The notes: a model not told the origin generated them from the letters alone. Counted from the stretch's first letter, positions 6,736 to 15,730 are shown. The stretch is DNA of 50,796 nt from a virus (IMGVR_UViG_3300023210_000014:1-50796), one strand, 5' to 3'. Translations and numbers: made by a program.

Positions 6736-6760
6736 CACCTGCCCAAACAAAAACTGAAGG

Positions 6761-6803
6761 GTGGTCTGATAGTTCGCTGTGAAGCGATGGGTTGACCACA
6801 CCA
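6761..6803 (+). ncRNA. armless tRNA-like minihelix ending in ACCA
   Basis: GTGGTC/GACCAC-A-CCA enclosing TCGC-TGTGAA-GCGA hairpin. Confidence 0.4.
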
Positions 6804-6809
6804 AATCGT

Positions 6810-6885
6810 ATCGGGATAGCATAGATGGATACGCACCACGCTCATAACGTGGATCAGGTGGGATCGTTACCCACTCCCGATACCA
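6810..6885 (+). tRNA. tRNA-Met/Ile2(CAT)
   Basis: CCACG-CTCATAA-CGTGG, A73, CCA; T-loop ATCGTTA. Confidence 0.85.
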
Positions 6886-6924
6886 ATTATTGAGAATGAA
6901 ATAACGTAAAAGTAGTTCTCAATC

Positions 6925-7030
6925 GCTAGGTTAATATTGTAGTTTCAGAGCTACAGCGATTTTATGGTTAAGTCATAAGTAAGTTTGGGTTCAAATCCAC
7001 AAACTGATCGTTCTGAAATATTAACCTAGC
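6925..7030 (+). ncRNA. tRNA-elbow-mimic RNA candidate
   Basis: Perfect 14-bp closing stem; inner D-loop-like (GGTTAAG) and T-loop-like (GG-TTCAAAT-CC) hairpins. Confidence 0.5.
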
Positions 7031-7040
7031 ACAAATTATT

Positions 7041-7118
7041 GTATGTGGGCTCTCCTAGGCGGGGACTTTTGGTTGCAACCCATTCGATTTTAGGGTTCGA
7101 ATCCCTACACATACTCCA
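7041..7118 (+). tRNA. tRNA-Cys(GCA)
   Basis: TTGCAAC loop, U73, CCA. Confidence 0.8.
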
Positions 7119-7139
7119 TTTATCTTTAAGGAGTTATTT

Positions 7140-7367
7140 ATGCTTAATCGATCGTCGGCACCTTCAACAATCAGTGGGTGCTATTTTTGTTTCAATTTAT
7201 TTACTAATGATGAAATTCGTTGTCAACATGGTATTCAATTTTGCCCTGTGTGCGAAATGGATTCAATAATGAAATTCTCCATGTGTTTAAGTAATGGCGA
7301 TATCTTAATTGCATTAGAAAACAAAGCAAAGCTAGCCTGGAGAATTCATGATGAAGATGAAATTTAA
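7140..7367 (+). CDS. small zinc-binding protein
   Basis: AAGGAG RBS; GCYFC...CPVCEMDS. Confidence 0.7.
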   Translation: MLNRSSAPSTISGCYFCFNLFTNDEIRCQHGIQFCPVCEMDSIMKFSMCLSNGDILIALENKAKLAWRIHDEDEI

Positions 7368-7397
7368 CTGGAGATCATTTGATGAAAAGGTTTAGAA

Positions 7398-7682
7398 ATG
7401 TGGCCATTTAAAAAGAAAAAAACAAATGAAGAACTTCTCAATTTAATCTCTTGGAAATATCAATATGCTGTAACTGGTGATCGTAGGATTCTAGTTGAAT
7501 GTGATTGGGATAATCTTACGATAGACGAATGTCATAGGGTTAAAGCTTTAATTCCAACGATCATTCCAAAAACAGATATGAAATGGAAGGATGAACCATG
7601 GGAGCTAGCAGAGAACAAATTGGGGACTTTAAAGCATATTGCAGATACAGAGGATACACTTCCAGATCCGGAAGGTGGATGA
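7398..7682 (+). CDS. hypothetical protein
   Basis: AAAGG RBS, MWPFKKK start. Confidence 0.7.
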   Translation: MWPFKKKKTNEELLNLISWKYQYAVTGDRRILVECDWDNLTIDECHRVKALIPTIIPKTDMKWKDEPWELAENKLGTLKHIADTEDTLPDPEGG

Positions 7683-7771
7683 AAAAACAAGTTATTAGAT
7701 ACTGGAGACGGTTGAATAAACAAGATCCAGAAAATGCACCAACCAAACGACCAATCAAAGGATATGACTGA
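7679..7771 (+). CDS. small hypothetical protein (30 aa)
   Basis: ATGA overlap at start and TGATG overlap at end. Confidence 0.5.
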   Translation: MKKQVIRYWRRLNKQDPENAPTKRPIKGYD

Positions 7772-8292
7772 TGACTCATGAAGAATTTGTATATCAAACA
7801 ACCTTAAATGATTTAGTAATGTTAGAGATAATATCTGACTTGAAAAAAGAAAGAGAAGATAAAGAAATGAAGAAAAAAGAAAACTGGCAAAAAGATCTAA
7901 CCGAAAAGATCAACAAGTCCCTTGAAGAAATGAATGGAATTAAGGAACAACCGGAATACGATAAAGAATTAGATATGACGACTGGATGGATATGCCCACG
8001 ATGTGGAAATTCAAACTCTCCCCAGATTTTAGTTTGTGTTTGTAGTCCTGACTTATGGAAAAATGATTTTCCTGAAGTTGAAGAAGAGAAAGAATCCACC
8101 CCAGTTAAAGATTGGGATTTCATTCCTCCAGCAGCTCCCCTTCCTTATCGGCCTTATGCCCCAATGCCACCTGCACAACCTTATCCATGGACCAATCCAG
8201 TTGATCCATGCATGCCATGGCCAACGATAACTTGGTATGATGGACCTGTTGCTTATGTAAGTGGAGGGTGGATGCAGGATGACGAGGAATGA
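7771..8292 (+). CDS. zinc-ribbon, proline-rich hypothetical protein
   Basis: GWICPRCG...CVC motif; Pro-rich C-terminus. Confidence 0.7.
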   Translation: MTHEEFVYQTTLNDLVMLEIISDLKKEREDKEMKKKENWQKDLTEKINKSLEEMNGIKEQPEYDKELDMTTGWICPRCGNSNSPQILVCVCSPDLWKNDFPEVEEEKESTPVKDWDFIPPAAPLPYRPYAPMPPAQPYPWTNPVDPCMPWPTITWYDGPVAYVSGGWMQDDEE

Positions 8293-8409
8293 TTATAACT
8301 ATTTGATCATTTTAGCAGATCATTTAATGTGGACTAAGATTTTTACTCATGCAGAGTGGAATGAGGAGCTTAAAAGCCTCCAGAAGCAATATTACAGCTA
8401 ATAACACGT

Positions 8410-8520
8410 TAGGGGCTCAATTTAAACGTTGGGCCCCTTATGTTAACCTTCCCAAACCCTTGCGTTGCTTACACGTACACACAGGCACTCTTAAAGTCAT
8501 TGTAAACAAACAACTTAGCA
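8410..8520. repeat. intergenic palindromic element family, copy A
   Basis: Hairpin with TTTAAACG loop, ATGTTAACC, TGCGTTGCTTACACGT, AACTTAGCA shared with 29999-30080. Confidence 0.7.
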
Positions 8521-8557
8521 TATTCCGATCTTTTTTCGATTAATTTTCCATTTTTTA

Positions 8558-8586
8558 TTTACATTTGGGGCATTCTATGGTATAAT
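8558..8586 (+). promoter_or_regulatory. early promoter, copy 4
   Basis: TTTACA-N17-TATAAT. Confidence 0.85.
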
Positions 8587-8626
8587 TGTATGACAGTTAA
8601 AAACCATACCGGATCAAGGAGATCAC

Positions 8627-8791
8627 ATGTTTGGAAACGCACACCTCGTATTTAAGATCATCAATCGTTGCACTAAAGAAACCGTCAGGACTTTTATGTT
8701 CCGCTCGGATGCACAAATCGCATTTGACAAATATCGCAATGGTCCTTATGGCCATGATTTTGAACTGATTGAAGTAATGGAGAAGAACTAA
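8627..8791 (+). CDS. small early hypothetical protein (54 aa)
   Basis: AAGGAG RBS after promoter; MFGNAHLVFKII. Confidence 0.7.
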   Translation: MFGNAHLVFKIINRCTKETVRTFMFRSDAQIAFDKYRNGPYGHDFELIEVMEKN

Positions 8792-8792
8792 A

Positions 8793-8981
8793 ATGCGCAC
8801 AATTTTCGTAGACCAAGTAGAATTGCTCAAACCTAATGCTTTCATTTTAACTGCCGACGGGCTCCTCCTTTGTATTGAAGACGGATATTGCAATGATTCC
8901 GGTACCATTCTTGCTTCGGATTCAACCGGCGAAATGCACGAACTAATTCTGAGTGAAATTTCAACAATTGAGGAAAACTAA
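8793..8981 (+). CDS. hypothetical protein
   Basis: Coupled ORF in early cassette. Confidence 0.6.
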   Translation: MRTIFVDQVELLKPNAFILTADGLLLCIEDGYCNDSGTILASDSTGEMHELILSEISTIEEN

Positions 8982-9070
8982 TGGATATTTTCATGATTAC
9001 AGTCCCACCGATTTGTGTACTTATTGGATTTGGTCTCGGATTCATTTTGGGTCGAAAGTGGAGAAGTTAA
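8981..9070 (+). CDS. small membrane protein (29 aa)
   Basis: TAATG coupling; single hydrophobic helix followed by RKWRS. Confidence 0.5.
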   Translation: MDIFMITVPPICVLIGFGLGFILGRKWRS

Positions 9071-9073
9071 GCA

Positions 9074-9265
9074 ATGAACATCTATAAAAACTTTGAACTT
9101 TATATTGCACCTGAAAATCAGGTTATGGTTGATGGAAAATGGTATCTAATTGAAAGTTACTTAGAAGAACATTTTGATTCTGTTGATTTATTTCAGGCGA
9201 CAGATATAGATGGAAAATATTTTGAATTCACTGTTAACGATATTGAAGAATTAGAGGTTATCTAA
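9074..9265 (+). CDS. hypothetical protein
   Basis: Acidic ORF, coupled. Confidence 0.6.
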   Translation: MNIYKNFELYIAPENQVMVDGKWYLIESYLEEHFDSVDLFQATDIDGKYFEFTVNDIEELEVI

Positions 9266-9588
9266 TGAAGCGCACTTCCCAAAATTATGTAATGACCCTC
9301 CAAACTGACGACCCTCGCTACGATGAAAAACTCGCACAGGTTCGCCATCAAGTAAAAGTTATGAATGGAATTCTCGCCCACGAATATGGGTGGATGAATA
9401 ACAAATATGTCAAAACTGAAAATCCCAGAAAATACCGCGTTGAAGTTAAGAATCGCAAACCAAAAGTAAAACATGAAGTTGTTCGCTACGATGGTTTTGT
9501 TCAGAAAATCGGGTATACCGATGGTGGTTCTGTTATTGGTGGATTCGCCAATGCAGGCGCAGTTGACATTTACATTTACGAACGATAG
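9265..9588 (+). CDS. hypothetical protein
   Basis: TAATG coupling. Confidence 0.7.
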   Translation: MKRTSQNYVMTLQTDDPRYDEKLAQVRHQVKVMNGILAHEYGWMNNKYVKTENPRKYRVEVKNRKPKVKHEVVRYDGFVQKIGYTDGGSVIGGFANAGAVDIYIYER

Positions 9589-9596
9589 GAAAAATC

Positions 9597-9806
9597 ATGG
9601 CCAAGAAAAAAGAATATGAATATCCGGAAACAATTGCTGGATATCCCTCGACGACAAGAAAGAAATGGTTGCAAGCCCAAAATACAAATTCAAGAAAGAA
9701 TGCCATTCGAGCAATGTGTTTACTTTGTCTCGGAGGATCCCCAAAAGAAGTGGCCGAATGTAGCTCACCTACGTGCCCACTTTTCAAATATCGGATAACA
9801 GGTTAA
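9597..9806 (+). CDS. small Cys4 zinc-binding protein
   Basis: AIRAMCLLCLGG...CSSPTCPLFKYR, a recurrent phage motif. Confidence 0.7.
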   Translation: MAKKKEYEYPETIAGYPSTTRKKWLQAQNTNSRKNAIRAMCLLCLGGSPKEVAECSSPTCPLFKYRITG

Positions 9807-9815
9807 GGAGAAAAA

Positions 9816-10052
9816 ATGAAAATACACTGGATGGAACTTTTTAAGGGAATGGGTATTGCAATAATGTTTTTCTTCATTATTGGTTCAATTATCGTTGGAC
9901 CCCTTTTGACAATTTGGGCAATTAATACCTTATTTGGATTTGGAATTGCTTATACACTTAAAACTTGGTTTGCCACATTAATTATGCATTCTGTTTTAGG
10001 TGGAACAAGCAGAGCAACCCAAGCATTCAAAGATGCGCAAGGCAAAGGATAA
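9816..10052 (+). CDS. membrane protein
   Basis: AAGGAG RBS; hydrophobic helices, WAINTLF motif. Confidence 0.7.
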   Translation: MKIHWMELFKGMGIAIMFFFIIGSIIVGPLLTIWAINTLFGFGIAYTLKTWFATLIMHSVLGGTSRATQAFKDAQGKG

Positions 10053-10054
10053 AA

Positions 10055-10363
10055 ATGTTCGACGATGAAAAACTTAAGGGCGAGGCAGTTGATCCTCGAG
10101 ACTTCCACAAACTAGCCCAAATATTTTCAGATTCAAATAATAGAGACTGGACTAGAGAAGAAGCCAATGGGGTTTATCAACATCTAGAAGAACTAATTCA
10201 TAAGCTTTATTTGGTTGAAATGTCAATTGAAGGATTCATCACGCTTAATTATGACGGTGAGAAAATCGTGTATGAAACAACTAAGCATGGTGAAGAAATT
10301 GTTGAACGTCAAATGAAAATAAAAGACAATAAAGCAATTGAAGATTTGATGAAGGGAATATAA
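10055..10363 (+). CDS. hypothetical protein
   Basis: AAAGGA RBS, start MFDDEK. Confidence 0.65.
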   Translation: MFDDEKLKGEAVDPRDFHKLAQIFSDSNNRDWTREEANGVYQHLEELIHKLYLVEMSIEGFITLNYDGEKIVYETTKHGEEIVERQMKIKDNKAIEDLMKGI

Positions 10364-10905
10364 TGGAAAAGATGAATTGGTATGACACAATTATATATGG
10401 ATGTGATCATGAATTGAATTGGTTTCAAAAATTGATTCGCCCACCCTTAGATCGTGTTGATGATATAAGTCACTGGTTTAAAAGAACCTTTATTTGGAAA
10501 TATCGAGAATTAAAATTGGCATATCAGAGAGCCCGTTATGGTCACGATGATAATGCTGTTTGGAATATGAATTCCTGGTTTATTCTGAATGCAATTCCTA
10601 TTTTAACACGATGGAGAAAGGAAGGTATCTCATATCCTGCGAATTTTTCATCCCGCGAAGAATGGGAAATCATTCTAGAAAAAATGAGCACAGGTTTCCA
10701 GCATTATTATGATTGTGAAATGGGAGATGGTAAAGTTGACGGGGAGGAACGTCTTTTACACTTCGAAACCCTTAAATTCGCTGAAGAAGATCGTAGCCAA
10801 TTCTATAAAACAGCCACTCGCTTTGAAATGACCCCTGAAGAAGAGGCCGAATTTCAAGAAGCTCTAATGTTGTTCACAAAATATTTTTACACACTTTGGG
10901 ACTGA
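10363..10905 (+). CDS. conserved phage hypothetical protein
   Basis: TAATG coupling; ends EALMLFTKYFYTLWD. Confidence 0.7.
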   Translation: MEKMNWYDTIIYGCDHELNWFQKLIRPPLDRVDDISHWFKRTFIWKYRELKLAYQRARYGHDDNAVWNMNSWFILNAIPILTRWRKEGISYPANFSSREEWEIILEKMSTGFQHYYDCEMGDGKVDGEERLLHFETLKFAEEDRSQFYKTATRFEMTPEEEAEFQEALMLFTKYFYTLWD

Positions 10906-10938
10906 TACAACAACACGGCGCTTATATTTATCCTAGTA

Positions 10939-10954
10939 GATATTTATCTATACA
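10939..10954 (+). promoter_or_regulatory. putative late promoter GATATTTATCTATACA
   Basis: Identical 16-mer precedes the neck gene at 42715. Confidence 0.55.
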
Positions 10955-10967
10955 ATGGAGGACAAAT

Positions 10968-11615
10968 ATGAGCGTAGTTTTTTATAGAGATTCAAGTGAA
11001 GACTTCAAATGTACCGTAAAAATCGAAGGTACAGAATATTCAAAAACAAAAACTCGTTTGATACTGGAATTTGCAGACAAAACTCTGATGTTTCCAGGAA
11101 CAATTGAACGTGGCAATATTACCATAAAGGTCCCTGCTTTATCTGAGATTAATGATTCCTCTGGTCAGGCAACCCTTGAAGTGATTGCAGATTCAACTTA
11201 TTTTGAAGCATGGACTTCAAAGTTTGATCTCAAACGTAAAAAGAATATCCAGATTTCAGAAGTTACGATCGGAAGTGATAAGCCTATGATTTCAGTTGAA
11301 ATTTTGGCCGATGCAATGCAAGATACAGTGCATAAAGAGGTTGACAAGCCTGGTAGAGCTGCGTATACAAATCGCCAGCCAAAACCGAAAAAGAAAACGA
11401 TATTTAAAGAGTCATGTTCACAAAAGAACATCGATTTGGTTACGAAATTATTTAAGAAGTTTAAAACTTTAAATGAGGTGGACACAAGGTCTACAAAAAA
11501 GGAATTGAAATCCTTTGAACCATCGAACATAGTTCAAAAGTGGGCTAATACGGTTTTCATCAATTCTAATTCATCGACAGCTAAATTTTGTATGATGAAT
11601 GTTCAAAGGTTATAA
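10968..11615 (+). CDS. late hypothetical protein, likely structural/assembly
   Basis: GGAGG RBS; beta-rich N-terminal domain (LEVIADSTYFEAW). Confidence 0.7.
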   Translation: MSVVFYRDSSEDFKCTVKIEGTEYSKTKTRLILEFADKTLMFPGTIERGNITIKVPALSEINDSSGQATLEVIADSTYFEAWTSKFDLKRKKNIQISEVTIGSDKPMISVEILADAMQDTVHKEVDKPGRAAYTNRQPKPKKKTIFKESCSQKNIDLVTKLFKKFKTLNEVDTRSTKKELKSFEPSNIVQKWANTVFINSNSSTAKFCMMNVQRL

Positions 11616-11618
11616 TAA

Positions 11619-12827
11619 ATGTCACATATATTTTCTAAAGGAATAGGGCCAATTTCAACTGATGGGGTTACAACCCATGCTGATTTATTTGGTCTCGATC
11701 AAAATGATCATCCCCAATATTCCTTAACTGCACATACTCATGATGATCGCTATTATAGCGAAGTTGAGCTTGATGCATTATTGAATACCAAATCAAATAC
11801 AGGTCACACGCACAATGATCTTTATTATAGTGAATCTGAAGTGGATACTTTATTAGATGGGAAGTCCAATACAGGCCATACTCATGATGATCGCTATTAC
11901 ACTGAAACTGAAACCGATTTATTATTAGATGATAAATCTGACACTGGACATACGCATTTTGCATCAAAAGTTGGTGGCGGTGCATCCGTTGCCGATTGTA
12001 CATTTGCAACAAATAGTCAAGGATATCATTTCTTTCCCGGCTCATTAACTGTTCAGGGAAATGAATTTTATATTGATGAAAATGGGGCTTCAAATGTTTC
12101 ATCATTATTATTTCATGCTGCTGATGCATTTATGACATATAATCATACTGGATCAACATATTCAATTGGCCCAGCATGGACAACAACTGAAATTCAAGGA
12201 GATATTCAAGTAAATGGATCTTCTTCTGGAATTGATCATGGTGATCTTGATGGTAGAGCTGATGATGATCACACTCAATATCATAATGATACACGTGGTG
12301 AAGAATGGTTAACTGGCACTACCCATGGTGATATTGAATTCGCTTCATTAACTGCTACAGTTCTAGAATTTTCTCCTGATGGTGAAATCTCATATGATTC
12401 AGGAACAACATTGTTTACTATGAATCAAGATTTAGCTGTTGAAGGAAATATCCATGGAATAGTTAAGGACACAATTGGATTTAGTTTTGCCGGGGGAGGA
12501 GATGTAATTGCAGCTGGATCAACAAGAGATTATCCAATAACTCATGCAATGACAATTATAGGATACACTTTAATTTCTCCAGTTTCCGGTTCAATTGCAA
12601 TTGACTTAGATTTATTTACTTATGCAAATTATCCAACTGGAGTCTCAACTGAAGTCGAAGGCACGGGAACAAAGCCAACAATTTCTTCTGCATATAAAAA
12701 CCAGGATACAACATTAACAAATTGGAATATAACACTTGCTGCAAATACAATTCTGAGGGCAACAGTTGATACTGTAACTGATATTGAAGATTGTACGTTG
12801 ATTATAGAAATTGAGAGGTCAATTTAA
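11619..12827 (+). CDS. fibre-like virion protein with His-rich repeats
   Basis: Three 24-aa HTHDDRYYxExE repeats, two HxDLxG...DHxQY motifs, beta-sandwich-like C-terminus. Confidence 0.65.
   Translation: MSHIFSKGIGPISTDGVTTHADLFGLDQNDHPQYSLTAHTHDDRYYSEVELDALLNTKSNTGHTHNDLYYSESEVDTLLDGKSNTGHTHDDRYYTETETDLLLDDKSDTGHTHFASKVGGGASVADCTFATNSQGYHFFPGSLTVQGNEFYIDENGASNVSSLLFHAADAFMTYNHTGSTYSIGPAWTTTEIQGDIQVNGSSSGIDHGDLDGRADDDHTQYHNDTRGEEWLTGTTHGDIEFASLTATVLEFSPDGEISYDSGTTLFTMNQDLAVEGNIHGIVKDTIGFSFAGGGDVIAAGSTRDYPITHAMTIIGYTLISPVSGSIAIDLDLFTYANYPTGVSTEVEGTGTKPTISSAYKNQDTTLTNWNITLAANTILRATVDTVTDIEDCTLIIEIERSI
11733..11957 (+). repeat. 3x 72-bp coding tandem repeat
   Basis: HTHDDRYYSEVELDALLNTKSNTG / HTHNDLYYSESEVDTLLDGKSNTG / HTHDDRYYTETETDLLLDDKSDTG. 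Confidence 0.85.
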
Positions 12828-14251
12828 TGGGCGCATATATGAATGGCAATGATCTGGAAATAACCGGCTCAACTAACACGCTTGCTTCAATAACAACCGA
12901 CATTGGGAATACTGCAATCATCGAAGACCTTGGCTTAGGTGTTTATGAATTCAAATGCACCACTGCCAGATTTTTGAAAATTAAAAGTGGTGGGGTTTTA
13001 ACTATTGGGGATGTTGGAGATTTTAGTGTTTCCGAAACTTTGAATATGAGTTCAACTGCTCATTCAAATACTAGATTTAGAATAGATGATGGCGGGTTGT
13101 TGAATATGTATGGAAATACAAAATTAGATTTTTGTTCAACTCCTACATATTATTCGTATTACATTTATTTTTACGGTGGAGTTCATATTGAGGGTGATGC
13201 AACATATCGTCCAATTTTACAAAATCAAAGATGGATTGGATTTAGAAAAGAATCAAGTATAGATGATGACCTTTATATTGATAAATGCATTATTGGTTCA
13301 TCTTCTTATACTTCAACTTGGGATGCATTTGGATTAAAAATTCATGGACCCGAAATGTTTACTAGATCAAATGTTCATTTGAATGAAATTGAATTTAATG
13401 CAACTTATGGACAGAATAAAAATACAACTGGAATTAATATCGAATATGGTGGAAGAGGAACTGAAAAATACATCTTCACTAATTGTAAATTTAGTAACTT
13501 ATATCGTGCATTTGATTCTGAATGTGGTGCTGGAGCAATAATTAATGCTACTTTTGATAACATAGCAAATTATCATTTCATGACAACTCGATCAGCCCCA
13601 AATTTTGGAGATCAAAATTACTATAATTACGATCAACCAACTGAAAAAATATATGGGCAAACATATACGGTATGCTCGGGAAATACATTTGATAATTCAG
13701 GACACAATAATAAAGTTTACGGATATTATGGAGCAAATATTTTACTTGCCGATTGTGATTTTCAAGAATTATCATCCAATAACATCTACGCTACATGGCA
13801 AGGTACAATTTTATTTTACACTGGCAACACATTTGCTGCAAGCGATTATTTTAACGTGTATAGCGGCGGACATATTAAGTACGTTAATCAATTTAATTGG
13901 ACAGTTGAAGATGAAGCTTCAAATCCACTAGAAGGTGTATCAATTTTTGTTAGACAGAATGAGGGAAAAGAGCGATTCTTATTTGAAACTGGAGCTAATG
14001 GTCAACCGTATGCTATTTTAGATACTGGTGCTGTTTATTTAACTCATACTCAACAAAGAGGCGGAAACACATCTGGAGATACTGCATATCAAATAACTTG
14101 GTCGTCAAGTGGGAATTCAACATATCACTCGGTTGTATTTTCAAAAGAGGGATATCGATCAGTTACAAAGACCTATGCGGTTAAAGAAGCAGGGGATACA
14201 GTAGAAACAATTACAATGCGAAGATTAGATTCTTATTCATCGGTTTGTTAG
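12827..14251 (+). CDS. parallel beta-helix protein (spike/depolymerase-like) with C-terminal Ig-like domain
   Basis: Periodic FTNCKFSN, NATFDN, GNTFDN, DCDFQE, GNTFAA strands; VVFSKEGY in C-terminal domain. Confidence 0.6.
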   Translation: MGAYMNGNDLEITGSTNTLASITTDIGNTAIIEDLGLGVYEFKCTTARFLKIKSGGVLTIGDVGDFSVSETLNMSSTAHSNTRFRIDDGGLLNMYGNTKLDFCSTPTYYSYYIYFYGGVHIEGDATYRPILQNQRWIGFRKESSIDDDLYIDKCIIGSSSYTSTWDAFGLKIHGPEMFTRSNVHLNEIEFNATYGQNKNTTGINIEYGGRGTEKYIFTNCKFSNLYRAFDSECGAGAIINATFDNIANYHFMTTRSAPNFGDQNYYNYDQPTEKIYGQTYTVCSGNTFDNSGHNNKVYGYYGANILLADCDFQELSSNNIYATWQGTILFYTGNTFAASDYFNVYSGGHIKYVNQFNWTVEDEASNPLEGVSIFVRQNEGKERFLFETGANGQPYAILDTGAVYLTHTQQRGGNTSGDTAYQITWSSSGNSTYHSVVFSKEGYRSVTKTYAVKEAGDTVETITMRRLDSYSSVC

Positions 14252-14263
14252 AAAGGTTTTATA

Positions 14264-14809
14264 GTGGCGATTTTAAAATGTGTGGTTGCAGTCGGTTCAG
14301 ACGATTGGGACGCGGCAGATTCAACAGACGATAAGATAACAACTAGAGCGTTGCGTGATGTGGGTGGTACCCCAAGTGTTATTGAAGAGTCATATGTAGA
14401 TATTGACACTTCCACAATTGATGAAAGTTGGACAATAAATTCTGTAACTTTAAACTTTTATACCATATCAAATTTGGTGTCTCCAAAAGGGGAATTATAT
14501 CACACTAGAATTTACATGGATGCCACTGGGTTTCAACTTATAGATAGTTCCACTGTCCAGAGAACCACCGACAGTTGGGGATTAATTACATTAACAACAG
14601 AAGAAATTGGTTGGCTGAATTTAGCTGGAAAGTCCAGTTTTCGATTCACAGCACCCCTCTCGGATTCATGGGGCTCATCAAACTCTTGGATCATCCGTTC
14701 ATTTGAAAATATAACAGATGGACAACCAGAAGGGTATTGGTCTGTGTATCTTGAAATTGATTACACAGCACCCCCAACCATAATGAATAGAATTATTATA
14801 ACTGGATAG
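14264..14809 (+). CDS. putative virion beta-sandwich protein
   Basis: AAAGG RBS, GTG start; ends YLEIDYT. Confidence 0.6.
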   Translation: MAILKCVVAVGSDDWDAADSTDDKITTRALRDVGGTPSVIEESYVDIDTSTIDESWTINSVTLNFYTISNLVSPKGELYHTRIYMDATGFQLIDSSTVQRTTDSWGLITLTTEEIGWLNLAGKSSFRFTAPLSDSWGSSNSWIIRSFENITDGQPEGYWSVYLEIDYTAPPTIMNRIIITG

Positions 14810-14816
14810 GATTAAA

Positions 14817-15290
14817 ATGAAATTAACAATTACACTCACTAGTTCAGGAGTACCAGCAATTGGAAAAAACCCAATAATTAATGGTTGGACTCATGATGGA
14901 ACTCCAGTGATTACAGCTCAAGCAATGACTGAAATTGCCGGCGGATTTTACACTTATGATTTTGTTGGATATAATTTTACTGAAGATTATGTTTTTAGTG
15001 CATTCGAATCAACTCTCCCTATTGGGGAACAATATGTGTACATGTCTAATGATTCAGATTCACAAAATACGCAAGGTGTTATGAAACAGATTCTTGGAAT
15101 GGTTCAATCAAATTTCAAAATGACAAATCAGTCCTATGATCCAAATGGAAATTTGGAAAATGCAATCATTCACACATACGAAGATGCAGCAAATACAAAT
15201 GCAGATACAAATCGTTTGCATACATATTCTATAGCAGCATCATACAATGCTGAAGGTCAACTGACCGATTATAAGGTGACTGATGTCTAA
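14817..15290 (+). CDS. putative structural protein
   Basis: AMTEIAGGFYTYDF motif; coupled in late island. Confidence 0.6.
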   Translation: MKLTITLTSSGVPAIGKNPIINGWTHDGTPVITAQAMTEIAGGFYTYDFVGYNFTEDYVFSAFESTLPIGEQYVYMSNDSDSQNTQGVMKQILGMVQSNFKMTNQSYDPNGNLENAIIHTYEDAANTNADTNRLHTYSIAASYNAEGQLTDYKVTDV

Positions 15291-15595
15291 TGATCCCACA
15301 CGCAACACAAATTGCAACTAAAGGGTTTCTTGGTGCAACTATTGGATTAAGTTCCAAGGGTTACATCATTAGAATTACTGAAGTTCCAATTCTAATTGAA
15401 AAGGAATATACTGCTGGACGAAAATCTTTTGAGGAAGCCAGGAAAAAGAAAGTTAAAATATGTGTTGAAGCCTATGGCAAAAAGTTTTGTCAGGAAAAAA
15501 TTATAAGCTTCGACCATAAAATCACAGTTAAGGACCTTGAAATCATAGAACTTGGAGATGAAGAGATTTCTATTATCGTGAAAGGCCCAAAATAA
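15290..15595 (+). CDS. hypothetical protein
   Basis: TAATG coupling. Confidence 0.6.
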   Translation: MIPHATQIATKGFLGATIGLSSKGYIIRITEVPILIEKEYTAGRKSFEEARKKKVKICVEAYGKKFCQEKIISFDHKITVKDLEIIELGDEEISIIVKGPK

Positions 15596-15627
15596 TCCTA
15601 CAGACCCCCATTTTATCGTCCTTTTTT

Positions 15628-15651
15628 GGGCCTAGTTTAAACGCTAGGCCC
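15628..15651. terminator. hairpin GGGCCTAG-TTTAAACG-CTAGGCCC ending late island
   Basis: Perfect 8-bp stem, T-tract upstream, same loop as 8421. Confidence 0.55.
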
Positions 15652-15671
15652 TCTTAGCATACTAACATATG

Positions 15672-15689
15672 GTGTACCCACAGGTACAC
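15672..15689. repeat. GTGTACC-N4-GGTACAC palindrome
   Basis: Four copies upstream of early promoters. Confidence 0.75.
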
Positions 15690-15730
15690 AAATAAAAGCA
15701 AAAAAGATTGGTTTATTTTCTGGTTTTTTG

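Noticed and set aside
2645-7269. Protein ORFs overlapping the tRNA array (e.g. 2733-3119, 4775-4960, 6362-6628)
   Set aside because: They overlap clear tRNA or structured RNA genes and lack RBS or coding features
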